Shown: piece after piece, positions 27,450-34,666 of the stretch
Position numbering within the stretch: position 1 is the first letter of the stretch
How the letters are laid out: each line of letters begins with the position of its first letter
DNA from: Candidatus Saccharimonadota bacterium
GTDB lineage: Bacteria > Patescibacteriota > Saccharimonadia > Saccharimonadales > JACDBH01
Direction of reading: 5' to 3'
Length of the DNA: 64,000 nucleotides
Assembly: GCA_013694995.1 (NCBI GenBank)
Contig: JACDBH010000006.1
Location: forward strand, 21,435-85,434
The notes under the pieces: model-generated
The model's database searches: none
What the model saw: only the letters and a program-made list of their open reading frames with translations
Told to the model about the DNA's origin: nothing
Program-made: the position numbers and the translations under genes

Positions 27450-27934
27450 CGGCTAAAGATACCGGCTTCAACCGCCTTCAGTGTCGGGTCGTTATAGGCA
27501 ACATGTTTACTTACCTCCTCGCCCTCATCGTTTACATGCACAATCGTCGTCTGGATAGTCACGCCATATTTTTTTCGAAGCGCTTGGTTGCTGTCGTAGT
27601 CGACTTTAATTATCGTCATTCCGTCGGGCACGCCTTTGGCTTCAATATCGTCTTCCAGGTCCCGGCACTGCGGGCACCATGGTGCGTGGAAAAATAATAG
27701 CTTGGTGCCTTGGGTCTCGGCAACAATACCCTCCCGGTAATCAACATACTGGCCCTTGCGGGTTGAACTGTCACTAGGCGCTACCGTCGACGACCCATCG
27801 GATGAAGTGTTTAGCGTAAAGCTTTCTTGCATGCCATTACGGGCCGTTTCGCCGCCGCTGCCAATTAAATAAGCTATTCCGCCCATAACGGCAACCAATA
27901 TAACTGCAATGATTATTAATGTTTTTTTACCCAT
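27446..27934 (-). CDS. membrane-anchored thioredoxin-like protein (TlpA/ResA-like)
   Basis: N-terminal TM and the WCPQC active site (FHAPWCPQCRDL). Overlaps ccdA by 4 nt. Confidence 0.8.
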   Translation of the reverse strand: MGKKTLIIIAVILVAVMGGIAYLIGSGGETARNGMQESFTLNTSSDGSSTVAPSDSSTRKGQYVDYREGIVAETQGTKLLFFHAPWCPQCRDLEDDIEAKGVPDGMTIIKVDYDSNQALRKKYGVTIQTTIVHVNDEGEEVSKHVAYNDPTLKAVEAGIFSR

Positions 27935-28138
27935 TCTTGCTTAATTATAATTCTAATTATGCAAAAACCATATACCATCCACATATTAAAACGGTGTTCT
28001 TAAGATAGCAAAAAATGGCCATTTAGAGTATAATAAGGAGTAACCGAGGCACTTCGACATTTATTATCTCTTGATACATCAAAAAATTGTTGTCGTGCTA
28101 GCAGTTGCAGTTAACATTTTATAGAAAGGGCAAAAATC

Positions 28139-28201
28139 ATGTCCAAAGACAGAGGCCGCAAAGAAACTAAGAAACCAAAAACACAAAAGCCGAAGGTCTA
28201 A
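28139..28201 (+). CDS. possible 20-aa Lys-rich peptide
   Basis: MSKDRGRKETKKPKTQKPKV. SD-like GAAAGGG lies 8 nt upstream. Below the ORF-track cutoff. Confidence 0.3.
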   Translation: MSKDRGRKETKKPKTQKPKV

Positions 28202-28205
28202 ATTT

Positions 28206-28454
28206 ATGCCGACATTTAAAAAGCGAGTCAATTTTTATCTCTCCGAAGAAGGCATCCAAATCCAAGAAATACTGCGCACTATGGCCTTGGACGAGAAATA
28301 CAATACGGTTTCAAGCTATAGCGCCAACACCGAATCGTACCCCGATAACCTCATTCCTTTCGTTAATAAGCACATGGATTACCTCAACGCCCACCCGACC
28401 ACCGACCCGCAGCACTACCTGTCAAATCTGCGCCTGATGTGCCGCATCAAGTAA
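28206..28454 (+). CDS. hypothetical protein
   Basis: 82-aa ORF. A further 73-codon open frame without an ATG follows in another frame (28460..28681). Confidence 0.5.
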   Translation: MPTFKKRVNFYLSEEGIQIQEILRTMALDEKYNTVSSYSANTESYPDNLIPFVNKHMDYLNAHPTTDPQHYLSNLRLMCRIK

Positions 28455-28677
28455 CGTAACTTTGTAATATTCTTAGCACCCACTACAGCCCGCTTACCGG
28501 CCAAGAAGACAATCCAAAGAACTACCATAAGATAGTGATTGAACTACTTAAAGAAGACCAGCGGACTATATTGAAACTAAGCCAGACTAATAATCCTGAT
28601 GCGGTCACAACCAGTCAGGTTACTGCTGTCTGGAACACGATTTTGCACAGGCTAAAAAAAACCGTCGAAAAGAAAGC

Positions 28678-29211
28678 CTAGACCCCATACTGTGTTGGGT
28701 CAATAGCCCGGATTGGAAATTCAGTCGCATTGCTAAAGAACCCAATTATTCTATTAAAAATTCTCGGCGGGCTTAAGCTCATATCAATTTCTGGTTTCTC
28801 GTTGAAATAACTCTTCACTTCACCCATTCTGCCGTAGACGTCGGCTACAAACTGGGCCGGCCGTAGGTCGTTTTCATACCAGAACTGTACATACCAAAGC
28901 ATTGGTTTATCCCAGCCCTGTAGCTCAAAACCGTCCTCAGAGTATCGGACTACACAGCGGTATTTCGAAATATCCTTATCGGGGACATAACCTTCGGACG
29001 TTTCCGTTTCGAAGGCGTATATTCGCGAATCAGAAAGCTGCAGGCCTTGGGTTGTCAGCGTATCGAGCTGTACATTCAGCGCCAAAACAGCAAAAGGGAT
29101 TGTATCGGAATTATAAAATTCAGGTTTATCAAACATGCTGTCGCGCAAGAACTCTATAAAATTCTGGAAATCCTTAATATCGTCTTGGGGACTCTCAAGT
29201 TCCGGATGCAT
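28678..29211 (-). CDS. hypothetical cytoplasmic protein
   Basis: 177-aa ORF. No motif recognised. Confidence 0.5.
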   Translation of the reverse strand: MHPELESPQDDIKDFQNFIEFLRDSMFDKPEFYNSDTIPFAVLALNVQLDTLTTQGLQLSDSRIYAFETETSEGYVPDKDISKYRCVVRYSEDGFELQGWDKPMLWYVQFWYENDLRPAQFVADVYGRMGEVKSYFNEKPEIDMSLSPPRIFNRIIGFFSNATEFPIRAIDPTQYGV

Positions 29212-29289
29212 AAATATATTTTACAATCTAACTAATTACATATCAAAAGAGTCGCTTAGTGGTTTGCCGGGCAGCCTCGTTGCAAACCA

Positions 29290-30459
29290 CTAGTCTGGGT
29301 GAATTAGGTTATCGTTAGGCGGGAGTTCAGGCTCGGGTTCAAGTGGGGCTGATTCGTCGCCCTGGAACTCTGGCTTTTCTATGTCAGGTACTATGAGCGT
29401 CGGCTGGGGAACATAAGTACTCTCTGATGTTTGGTATTGGGATTCCGGGGGTGCTAACGGCTGAACCAAAGTTTCAGGAATACCGGGGGTAGAAACGGCA
29501 GCATTACTTAGGGTAGTCAAAGCCATATGGCTTTTGACACGCCTATGCATTACTACGATTACCGCTGCAATAATAATAAATAATATGACTGGCAGAGCGA
29601 CAAACAAAAGTATTTTACTAGCGGTTTTCTTTTGGTTAAGTATCGGCTCGGCCGTAAGTGGCTTATAGAATTCCACTTCCCCACTTATAGCCGTCCCATC
29701 GGCAGTTGTGGCAGTCAACTTAGCTCTATAAACTTTAGTATTGTCTAAAGGATTTGCAAATGTTATGGCGTACTTGCGCGTTGTTTGGGGCAATATACCA
29801 CCGGTATTATTAGCGTCGATTTCGGTTACTACAGCGCCTCCTTCATCTAGAATTGCCAGTGTCAATTTTGGCACCGAATAGCTATTATCGGTATTTTTTA
29901 TCCTGGCACCAAATTCATACTCGGTTGTGCCGTCAGGGTTCAGGCTTAACCTATCGACAAGCAAGCTTTCTATTGCTATTTTTTCGGTAACGGCTCCGAC
30001 ATTTACGAATATCGGGCTCGAGGAGGAGCTGTCCACGACAGTCTTGTTATTTAGTACTACCCTACCCCAGTAGGTTCCGGCCGCTGCGTCTTTTGGTATA
30101 GTCACAGTTACTTTGTACTCTTTAGAGGCTTTAGCGCCCAGGCTTATTGTTGCGCTACCTTTCAGCCACGACTTGAGGCCGCCTTTTAGATTCGGGTCAT
30201 TATTAACTATCGGCTCGCCCGTTTCGCCTATCGTACCAAAATTTTCAAAGACAACGGCAAAATCATTCTTTTTATCAGCAGCATTAGACAGGTTAATCGT
30301 AACTGTTTTAGTTTCTCCTGGGTTGGCACTGATAATTGTTTGAGCCGGTGTAACTAACAAGGAGACACCTTGGGCGCTACTGTGCAACGGATGGCTGATT
30401 AGTACCGGTAACACCAAACTTAATAAGGCAAATGTAGCACTAGCCCACTTTGAAATCAT
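29290..30459 (-). CDS. cell-surface protein (signal peptide, Ig-like-fold region, C-terminal TM anchor, Pro-rich tail)
   Basis: N-terminal signal sequence ...SSAQG. A beta-rich body. TM ILLFVALPVILFIIIAAVIVV. Pro/Glu-rich C-terminal tail. Confidence 0.55.
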   Translation of the reverse strand: MISKWASATFALLSLVLPVLISHPLHSSAQGVSLLVTPAQTIISANPGETKTVTINLSNAADKKNDFAVVFENFGTIGETGEPIVNNDPNLKGGLKSWLKGSATISLGAKASKEYKVTVTIPKDAAAGTYWGRVVLNNKTVVDSSSSSPIFVNVGAVTEKIAIESLLVDRLSLNPDGTTEYEFGARIKNTDNSYSVPKLTLAILDEGGAVVTEIDANNTGGILPQTTRKYAITFANPLDNTKVYRAKLTATTADGTAISGEVEFYKPLTAEPILNQKKTASKILLFVALPVILFIIIAAVIVVMHRRVKSHMALTTLSNAAVSTPGIPETLVQPLAPPESQYQTSESTYVPQPTLIVPDIEKPEFQGDESAPLEPEPELPPNDNLIHPD

Positions 30460-30496
30460 AAGTTAATTTTAACATGTTTATGTTTGACTATTACAT

Positions 30497-30697
30497 TTAC
30501 TCATCTGGGACAACATCAGTTTCGGTTTGTCTTGCTTCCATGATATTTTCACATTCTTTGTCGCCAAACTCCTGTATGTATTGCAAGCTGCACTCCCTAT
30601 AGGTTTCGGGAGACTTTTTCCAAAAATAATTGAGCGCAAAATACGCAGCCACGGCTAGGACAATTAGAATTAAAAACTTTTTAAAATAGCTATCCAT
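30497..30697 (-). CDS. small membrane-anchored acidic protein
   Basis: 66 aa. N-terminal TM (FLILIVLAVAAYFALNYFW). Acidic C-terminal half ending ...TETDVVPDE. Divergent from the PafA/Dop-like gene. Confidence 0.45.
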   Translation of the reverse strand: MDSYFKKFLILIVLAVAAYFALNYFWKKSPETYRECSLQYIQEFGDKECENIMEARQTETDVVPDE

Positions 30698-30844
30698 GCA
30701 ATCAGTATACGCTTAAGCTTAATAAGCACTTCAATTCAGCTACTCTTAAGGTTGTATTACATAGAACCCATATCAGTACTACCTCTACTCCGGCTAATTT
30801 GCTTGTGCTTGCAAATTTAAAATTTTTATAGCAGGCTAAAGTCT

Positions 30845-32251
30845 ATGACTGAGAGAAATAACAGCCCTAACGTTTATGGTATTGAAACCGAATATACCTG
30901 CATGCTCACACTCCCCAATGATGTTGTTCACGAACTGGTTGGGAGCTGCCACTCGGTTGACGCGCGGATTGGGCTTTATGAAGCGCCGTCTGATAAAGGC
31001 AGCTCCGCAATACAAAGTCTAAGTATATCTCGCGCCCTAGAAAAAGTGGGAATATTCAGGAACTCAACCGGCATGCTCTCAAATGGTGGTAGGTTATACA
31101 TTGATCCAAGTGGCCCGGAGTACGCGACCCCCGAGACAACCACTGCCAAAGAAACCGTTTATCGATCGTTTGACGGTGATAAGATTTTACTGGGAATTTT
31201 TGACCGATTTCGCAACGACGGGATTCTCAAAGACTTCCAAGTTAACCGGCGGATCGTGGATCATAACCGTACTTCAAGAGGCATCCACTTGAATACTTTG
31301 ACTTCTTTAAACAACAGAGGACCCGATGACCTTGTGGCTAATTGGATTGCCACACTCAATGTCGTTAAGGGTGCAATGTTCGGATCGGGGGGATTGTTAG
31401 TTGACGATAAGGGTAAGACTGCCTACCACCATTCACCTAGGCTTTCTATAACAACCGATACGACCGCTAACTACAACAAGTATAAGCAAAGACCCCTGGT
31501 TAGAGGCCCGTTTAAAGGTGATGGTAATCAGTTTGCGCGGATAGAAACCGTAACTAGTGACGCCCTTAACTTTGGGTGGCCACTGCGCGCAAGCCTGGTT
31601 GCAACCAATGCTTTTGTCGGGATATTAGAGCTGGGATATGGTGATAAGTGCCCTCGCCTTAGGAATCCAGTTAGTTCCGCGCATTTTGTAGGCAGGCTTG
31701 GTAGTGAAGGTAAGGTAGAAATTATAAAAGGCGAAAGCACTGCCACTGCCCGCCCATTAGATATAATGCGTCAAATTTGTGAAATAGTTTTAGAAGTTGA
31801 TGATAAAGAAAAGTATTTAGATAAAGAGTCGGATCAGGTAATCGGCGAGATAATCGATACGGCAGACAAAATGAGCACCGATATTTATAGCGTTGCCGAC
31901 CAAGTAGAATCCGTGGGCAGATTGGTCGCAATGCAGAGGAAAATGGATAAAGCCAAGATCGCACTAGATTCAGAAAGAATGTGTCGGTTTGATTATGCGT
32001 GGGACTGGTTAAGGGGCGGCATAGCCGAGACTTTAAGAGATAAGAGGTTAGCTGGCTGGCAGGGCTTTGGGGACACTCCGTCTGTGGCGACTGTACGCAG
32101 GAGGCTAACTACCCCTCCTCAAGACACACGAGCTAAAGTCAGGGGCGAAAATATAAAATTGAGTCATGGTACTAATGATTCCACATGGGATCAGATCGAT
32201 TTTGGTACCCACCAGCAATACGTTCATCCGTTAGATTCCCACAGATCTTAG
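30845..32251 (+). CDS. Pup ligase/deamidase (PafA/Dop) family carboxylate-amine ligase homolog, divergent
   Basis: N-terminal VYGIETEYTCM (the GxETE[FY] signature) and NGGRLYIDPSGPEYATPE (compare NGARLY.D..HPEY[AS]TPE). The GCHENY-type motif is degenerate (RGIHLNT). 468 aa. Confidence 0.7.
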   Translation: MTERNNSPNVYGIETEYTCMLTLPNDVVHELVGSCHSVDARIGLYEAPSDKGSSAIQSLSISRALEKVGIFRNSTGMLSNGGRLYIDPSGPEYATPETTTAKETVYRSFDGDKILLGIFDRFRNDGILKDFQVNRRIVDHNRTSRGIHLNTLTSLNNRGPDDLVANWIATLNVVKGAMFGSGGLLVDDKGKTAYHHSPRLSITTDTTANYNKYKQRPLVRGPFKGDGNQFARIETVTSDALNFGWPLRASLVATNAFVGILELGYGDKCPRLRNPVSSAHFVGRLGSEGKVEIIKGESTATARPLDIMRQICEIVLEVDDKEKYLDKESDQVIGEIIDTADKMSTDIYSVADQVESVGRLVAMQRKMDKAKIALDSERMCRFDYAWDWLRGGIAETLRDKRLAGWQGFGDTPSVATVRRRLTTPPQDTRAKVRGENIKLSHGTNDSTWDQIDFGTHQQYVHPLDSHRS

Positions 32252-32320
32252 ATTAGGTGCTGTACAAAAAAACTGCTACTTAGCATAACTTTTTCGTAAA
32301 AGACTTAGCCTCGTGCACTC

Positions 32321-32683
32321 TTATTCGTGAGAGTCTTGCGTGACATCGGCTTCATAACCCCAATCACTTTGCCACTGTTTCATTTGGGCGATTTCTTGTT
32401 CTTGTGCGGTAATGATATTGCGTGACAATTCTTTGATTTCTTCATGCTTTGCCTGCCCTTCGGCTAATTTGGCCATTCCTACCGCGCCTTCGTGGTGGGC
32501 AATCATAGAGTTAATAAATTCTTCATCAAATTCATCGCCGCGCTTATTAGTTAAAGACTCTGTCATGGACTGCATGCTATCGCTGCTAGCAACCGGTTTT
32601 TCGATTGTGGTTGCAACAATTGAGACTAGTAGACCGCCTGCCATAAAGCTGATGATTCCGATAAGCAAAGACTTGGTATTCAT
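32321..32683 (-). CDS. DUF305 family protein (copper-stress associated), membrane-anchored
   Basis: N-terminal TM. FDEEFINSMIAHHEGAVGMAKL and ITAQEQEIAQMKQW match DUF305 repeats. Confidence 0.75.
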   Translation of the reverse strand: MNTKSLLIGIISFMAGGLLVSIVATTIEKPVASSDSMQSMTESLTNKRGDEFDEEFINSMIAHHEGAVGMAKLAEGQAKHEEIKELSRNIITAQEQEIAQMKQWQSDWGYEADVTQDSHE

Positions 32684-32704
32684 TTCTGTTTCCTCCTGAT
32701 TAAG

Positions 32705-32989
32705 TTAACGTGACAGCATCCGGCTGACGGCCGTTACTAGTTCTTCGGCTTTGGCTTCAGTTCCCTTTGGCCCGATGTTGTCGTTAGCAAGACAATGCCG
32801 GGCGTGTTCGCCGAGCAACTCCAAGGCGACTTTATCAAGGGCAGCCTGGGCAGCGTTGATTTGGGTCAGAATATCCACGCAGTATTTATCTTCCACGACC
32901 ATCCGAGTTACGCCGCGCACTTGGCCTTCTACCCGGTTTAACCGCTTCACTATCTGCTCTTTGTTCTTGGTGTAACCGTATGTGTTCAT
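32705..32989 (-). CDS. csoR: CsoR/RcnR family metal-sensing transcriptional repressor
   Basis: RLNRVEGQVRGVTRMVVEDKYCVDILTQINAAQAALDKVALELLGEHARHCL contains the Cys...His-x3-Cys Cu(I) ligand pattern. Confidence 0.85.
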   Translation of the reverse strand: MNTYGYTKNKEQIVKRLNRVEGQVRGVTRMVVEDKYCVDILTQINAAQAALDKVALELLGEHARHCLANDNIGPKGTEAKAEELVTAVSRMLSR

Positions 32990-33474
32990 GCTGTTTCCTT
33001 ATGAGTGTGGTGATGGGCTTCAGCTTCGTCAAGCTCATGCATTTCATGCATTAGTGCGTGGCCTTTGCCGCGTTTTAGCAAATATAAGTTTACTGGGTAC
33101 GAGGCAAAGTACGCTGCCGTTAACGCTAAGGCCATCCCTAGCCAAAAGATAGGGTTAACCAGCCCAGCTTCCATGGCGCCGGGTATAACTGCCATAACGG
33201 TATTATCGACCAGCTCCATAGTCGCAATTGATAAAGTATCGGCCGCAAACACTAGGCTTAGAGCTGCCCCCAAAGCTATGCCCGATTTAACCAGCGGCAA
33301 AGCCGACAGCGAATAACCAAAGATAAATGACAACCCAACTGCCAGAGCAATTGTAGGCAGTGTGCTAAGTCCTATGGCCGTGCCGATAATTAGACCCAGT
33401 ATTTCGCCGATAGCACACCCTGTCAGACAGTGGAGAGTAGCGCTTTTTGCTAAAGATTGGATGTTATTATGCAT
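32986..33474 (-). CDS. DUF4396 membrane protein, first gene of the CsoR operon
   Basis: LHCLTGCAIGEILG motif. 4 TM. His-rich C-terminus (EAEAHHHTH). Overlaps csoR by 4 nt. Confidence 0.7.
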   Translation of the reverse strand: MHNNIQSLAKSATLHCLTGCAIGEILGLIIGTAIGLSTLPTIALAVGLSFIFGYSLSALPLVKSGIALGAALSLVFAADTLSIATMELVDNTVMAVIPGAMEAGLVNPIFWLGMALALTAAYFASYPVNLYLLKRGKGHALMHEMHELDEAEAHHHTHKETA

Positions 33475-33486
33475 GTTAATTCTCCT

Positions 33487-33526
33487 TATACCCCCCTAGG
33501 GTATACAAAAACAAAAATCGTGTCAA
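33487..33526 (-). promoter_or_regulatory. promoter of the copper operon with an overlapping CsoR-type operator
   Basis: The minus strand reads TTGACA (33526-33521), 17 nt, then TACCCT (33503-33498). The inverted repeat TATACCC-N5-GGGTATA (33487-33505) covers the -10. SD GGAGAA follows. Confidence 0.6.
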
Positions 33527-33558
33527 TAAAAAAGAGTCCCTGAATCAAAGACTCTTTT
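33524..33558 (-). terminator. rho-independent terminator after the 41-aa ORF
   Basis: AAAAGAGTC - 11 nt - GACTCTTTT forms a 9-bp stem. The minus strand continues TTTTTATTG. Confidence 0.6.
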
Positions 33559-33575
33559 GTTTAGTAAACTTTTAT
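33557..33575 (+). repeat. 19-bp direct repeat, copy A (TTGTTTAGTAAACTTTTAT)
   Basis: Identical to 34646..34664. Both copies sit between a minus-strand stop codon and its terminator hairpin. The core GTTTA-G-TAAAC is palindromic. Confidence 0.7.
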
Positions 33576-33590
33576 CTTATTAGGTTGGCT

Positions 33591-33716
33591 TTATTCCTCG
33601 TTAAAAGACCTGTTTTCAGACTGTTTTATCAATTGCTCCAGGCGGGCTTGGTCTTCGCTTTTCTTTACATAAGCCGTGGTTTCAATCTTGTTATATTTTC
33701 TTTTTTTGTCAGCCAT
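33591..33716 (-). CDS. small highly charged protein (41 aa), below the ORF-track cutoff
   Basis: MADKKRKYNKIETTAYVKKSEDQARLEQLIKQSENRSFNEE. Strong SD AAGGAG lies 7 nt upstream. A terminator lies downstream. Confidence 0.5.
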   Translation of the reverse strand: MADKKRKYNKIETTAYVKKSEDQARLEQLIKQSENRSFNEE

Positions 33717-33862
33717 GGTAAAGCTCCTTTTACTTACTACTCTTTTACCATAAACTTTTAATCATTATCAAACAGTAAGGAATCTAACATATAGCAATCC
33801 CAAAACAAAATGACGCTTTTTGGCCGCGACCAAAATGAATGGTTTCTTATAATGATTACAAT

Positions 33863-33934
33863 TTAGAAAACGAACATTATAACTGCTATCAAACCTATCA
33901 CCGCAAGAATGGTAATAATTGTGCTGCGACCCAT
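33863..33934 (-). CDS. 23-aa hydrophobic mini-ORF (type I toxin-like or small membrane peptide)
   Basis: MGRSTIITILAVIGLIAVIMFVF. SD-like GAAAGG lies 8 nt upstream. A TACAAT -10-like box lies about 30 nt upstream. It sits just downstream of the terminator at 34011-34046. Confidence 0.35.
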   Translation of the reverse strand: MGRSTIITILAVIGLIAVIMFVF

Positions 33935-34010
33935 ATAGTTGGCCTTTCGTTATTAATTTCACTCCCAATTGTAGAAAAATTAAAAGCTAATAACCGTAAA
34001 ATAGCTTACA

Positions 34011-34046
34011 TTAAAAAACCTTGCGGAGGTCAGACCTCCGCAAGGT
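34011..34046 (-). terminator. strong rho-independent terminator (minus strand)
   Basis: ACCTTGCGGAGG-TCTGA-CCTCCGCAAGGT forms a 12-bp stem, followed on the minus strand by TTTTTTAA. Confidence 0.6.
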
Positions 34047-34618
34047 ACTACGGTTAGTAAGTATATGAATACTTAAATAAAATAGAACCATATGTCATCA
34101 GTTAGGTCATTTCGCGCATTCCTTCGGAATGCCGAGCGAGTATCTTTTGGACCGCCAAAAGATACCAAAAACTCTCTGGCTGCGTTTTTTCTTGATAGAG
34201 CCACCAGTCATAGCAAACAACAGGGCTTCGGAACTCGCTAGCGCTCAAACAGCCTAGCCCTATTTTGTTGTTTGTATGACGTGGCTCTTCAGGAAAAAGC
34301 CGATGCCAAGTAGCCCCCATGGATACGGCCCAACTGGCCGATATTTTATACGTGCTCGCTCCAAGGAGCGAGCTTCTGCTTTAAACCCCAGCATCTGAAA
34401 AGTCCGGTGAATATTGTGGCAAAAGGAGCGAATCAAGCAAAAGTGTGCTCGAATGCCTACTTAAAGTTAAAGTATTCGAGCCGCTTGCCGTTCTTTTGCG
34501 CGCTCTCTTTTGCTACAATTTTCAGCCGTGACTTTTCAGCCGCTGGTCAGTTTTTTGGCTTCTTTTTTGCTGAACCAAAAAAGAAGCGACTTGGTTCTTG
34601 GTCGCAAGAACAAATAAA
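34047..34618 (-). ncRNA. candidate structured non-coding RNA region, unclassified (strand tentative)
   Basis: About 570 nt between two minus-strand terminators, with no credible ORF. Stable helices: 34116-34132 (7 bp), 34140-34165 (11 bp), 34214-34274 (9+3 bp enclosing), 34354-34373 (8-9 bp), 34388-34546 (rod), 34558-34587 (12 bp). Confidence 0.3.
34388..34546. repeat. 159-nt imperfect long hairpin (rod-like inverted repeat)
   Basis: Nested complementary pairs: CCAGC/GCTGG, CTGAAAAGTC-CGG/CCG-T-GACTTTTCAG, ATTGTGGCAAAAGGAGCG/CGCTCTCTTTTGCTACAAT, GCAAAAG/CTTTTGC, CTCGAAT/ATTCGAG. Confidence 0.7.
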
Positions 34619-34646
34619 ATAGAGCCCCTGTACTGTGGGGCTCTAT
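34611..34646 (-). terminator. rho-independent terminator after 34667..34975
   Basis: ATAGAGCCCC - 8 nt - GGGGCTCTAT forms a 10-bp stem. The minus strand continues TTTATTTG. Confidence 0.6.
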
Positions 34647-34664
34647 TGTTTAGTAAACTTTTAT
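34646..34664 (+). repeat. 19-bp direct repeat, copy B (TTGTTTAGTAAACTTTTAT)
   Basis: Identical to 33557..33575, 1089 bp away, in the same position relative to a stop codon and terminator. Confidence 0.7.
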
Positions 34665-34666
34665 AT

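Noticed and set aside
34300-34320. Minus-strand GGGGGCTACTTGGCATCGG resembles the 5' end of tmRNA (GGGGCUGAUUCUGGAUUCGAC)
   Set aside because: There is no tRNA-like T arm (GGTTCGAnTCC) or CCA-proximal acceptor complement within 600 nt downstream on that strand. I could not identify a tag-peptide reading frame ending in the usual ...LAA or ...AA either.
34395-34407. CTGAAAAGTCCGG resembles the RNase P RNA CR-I/P4 motif (GAGGAAAGUCCGGGC)
   Set aside because: The motif simply base-pairs with its near-perfect complement at 34526-34539 as part of one long hairpin. No CR-V (ACAGAAnnCGGCUUA), P15 or GGU-loop elements are found downstream, and the spacing from the putative P3 hairpin does not fit.
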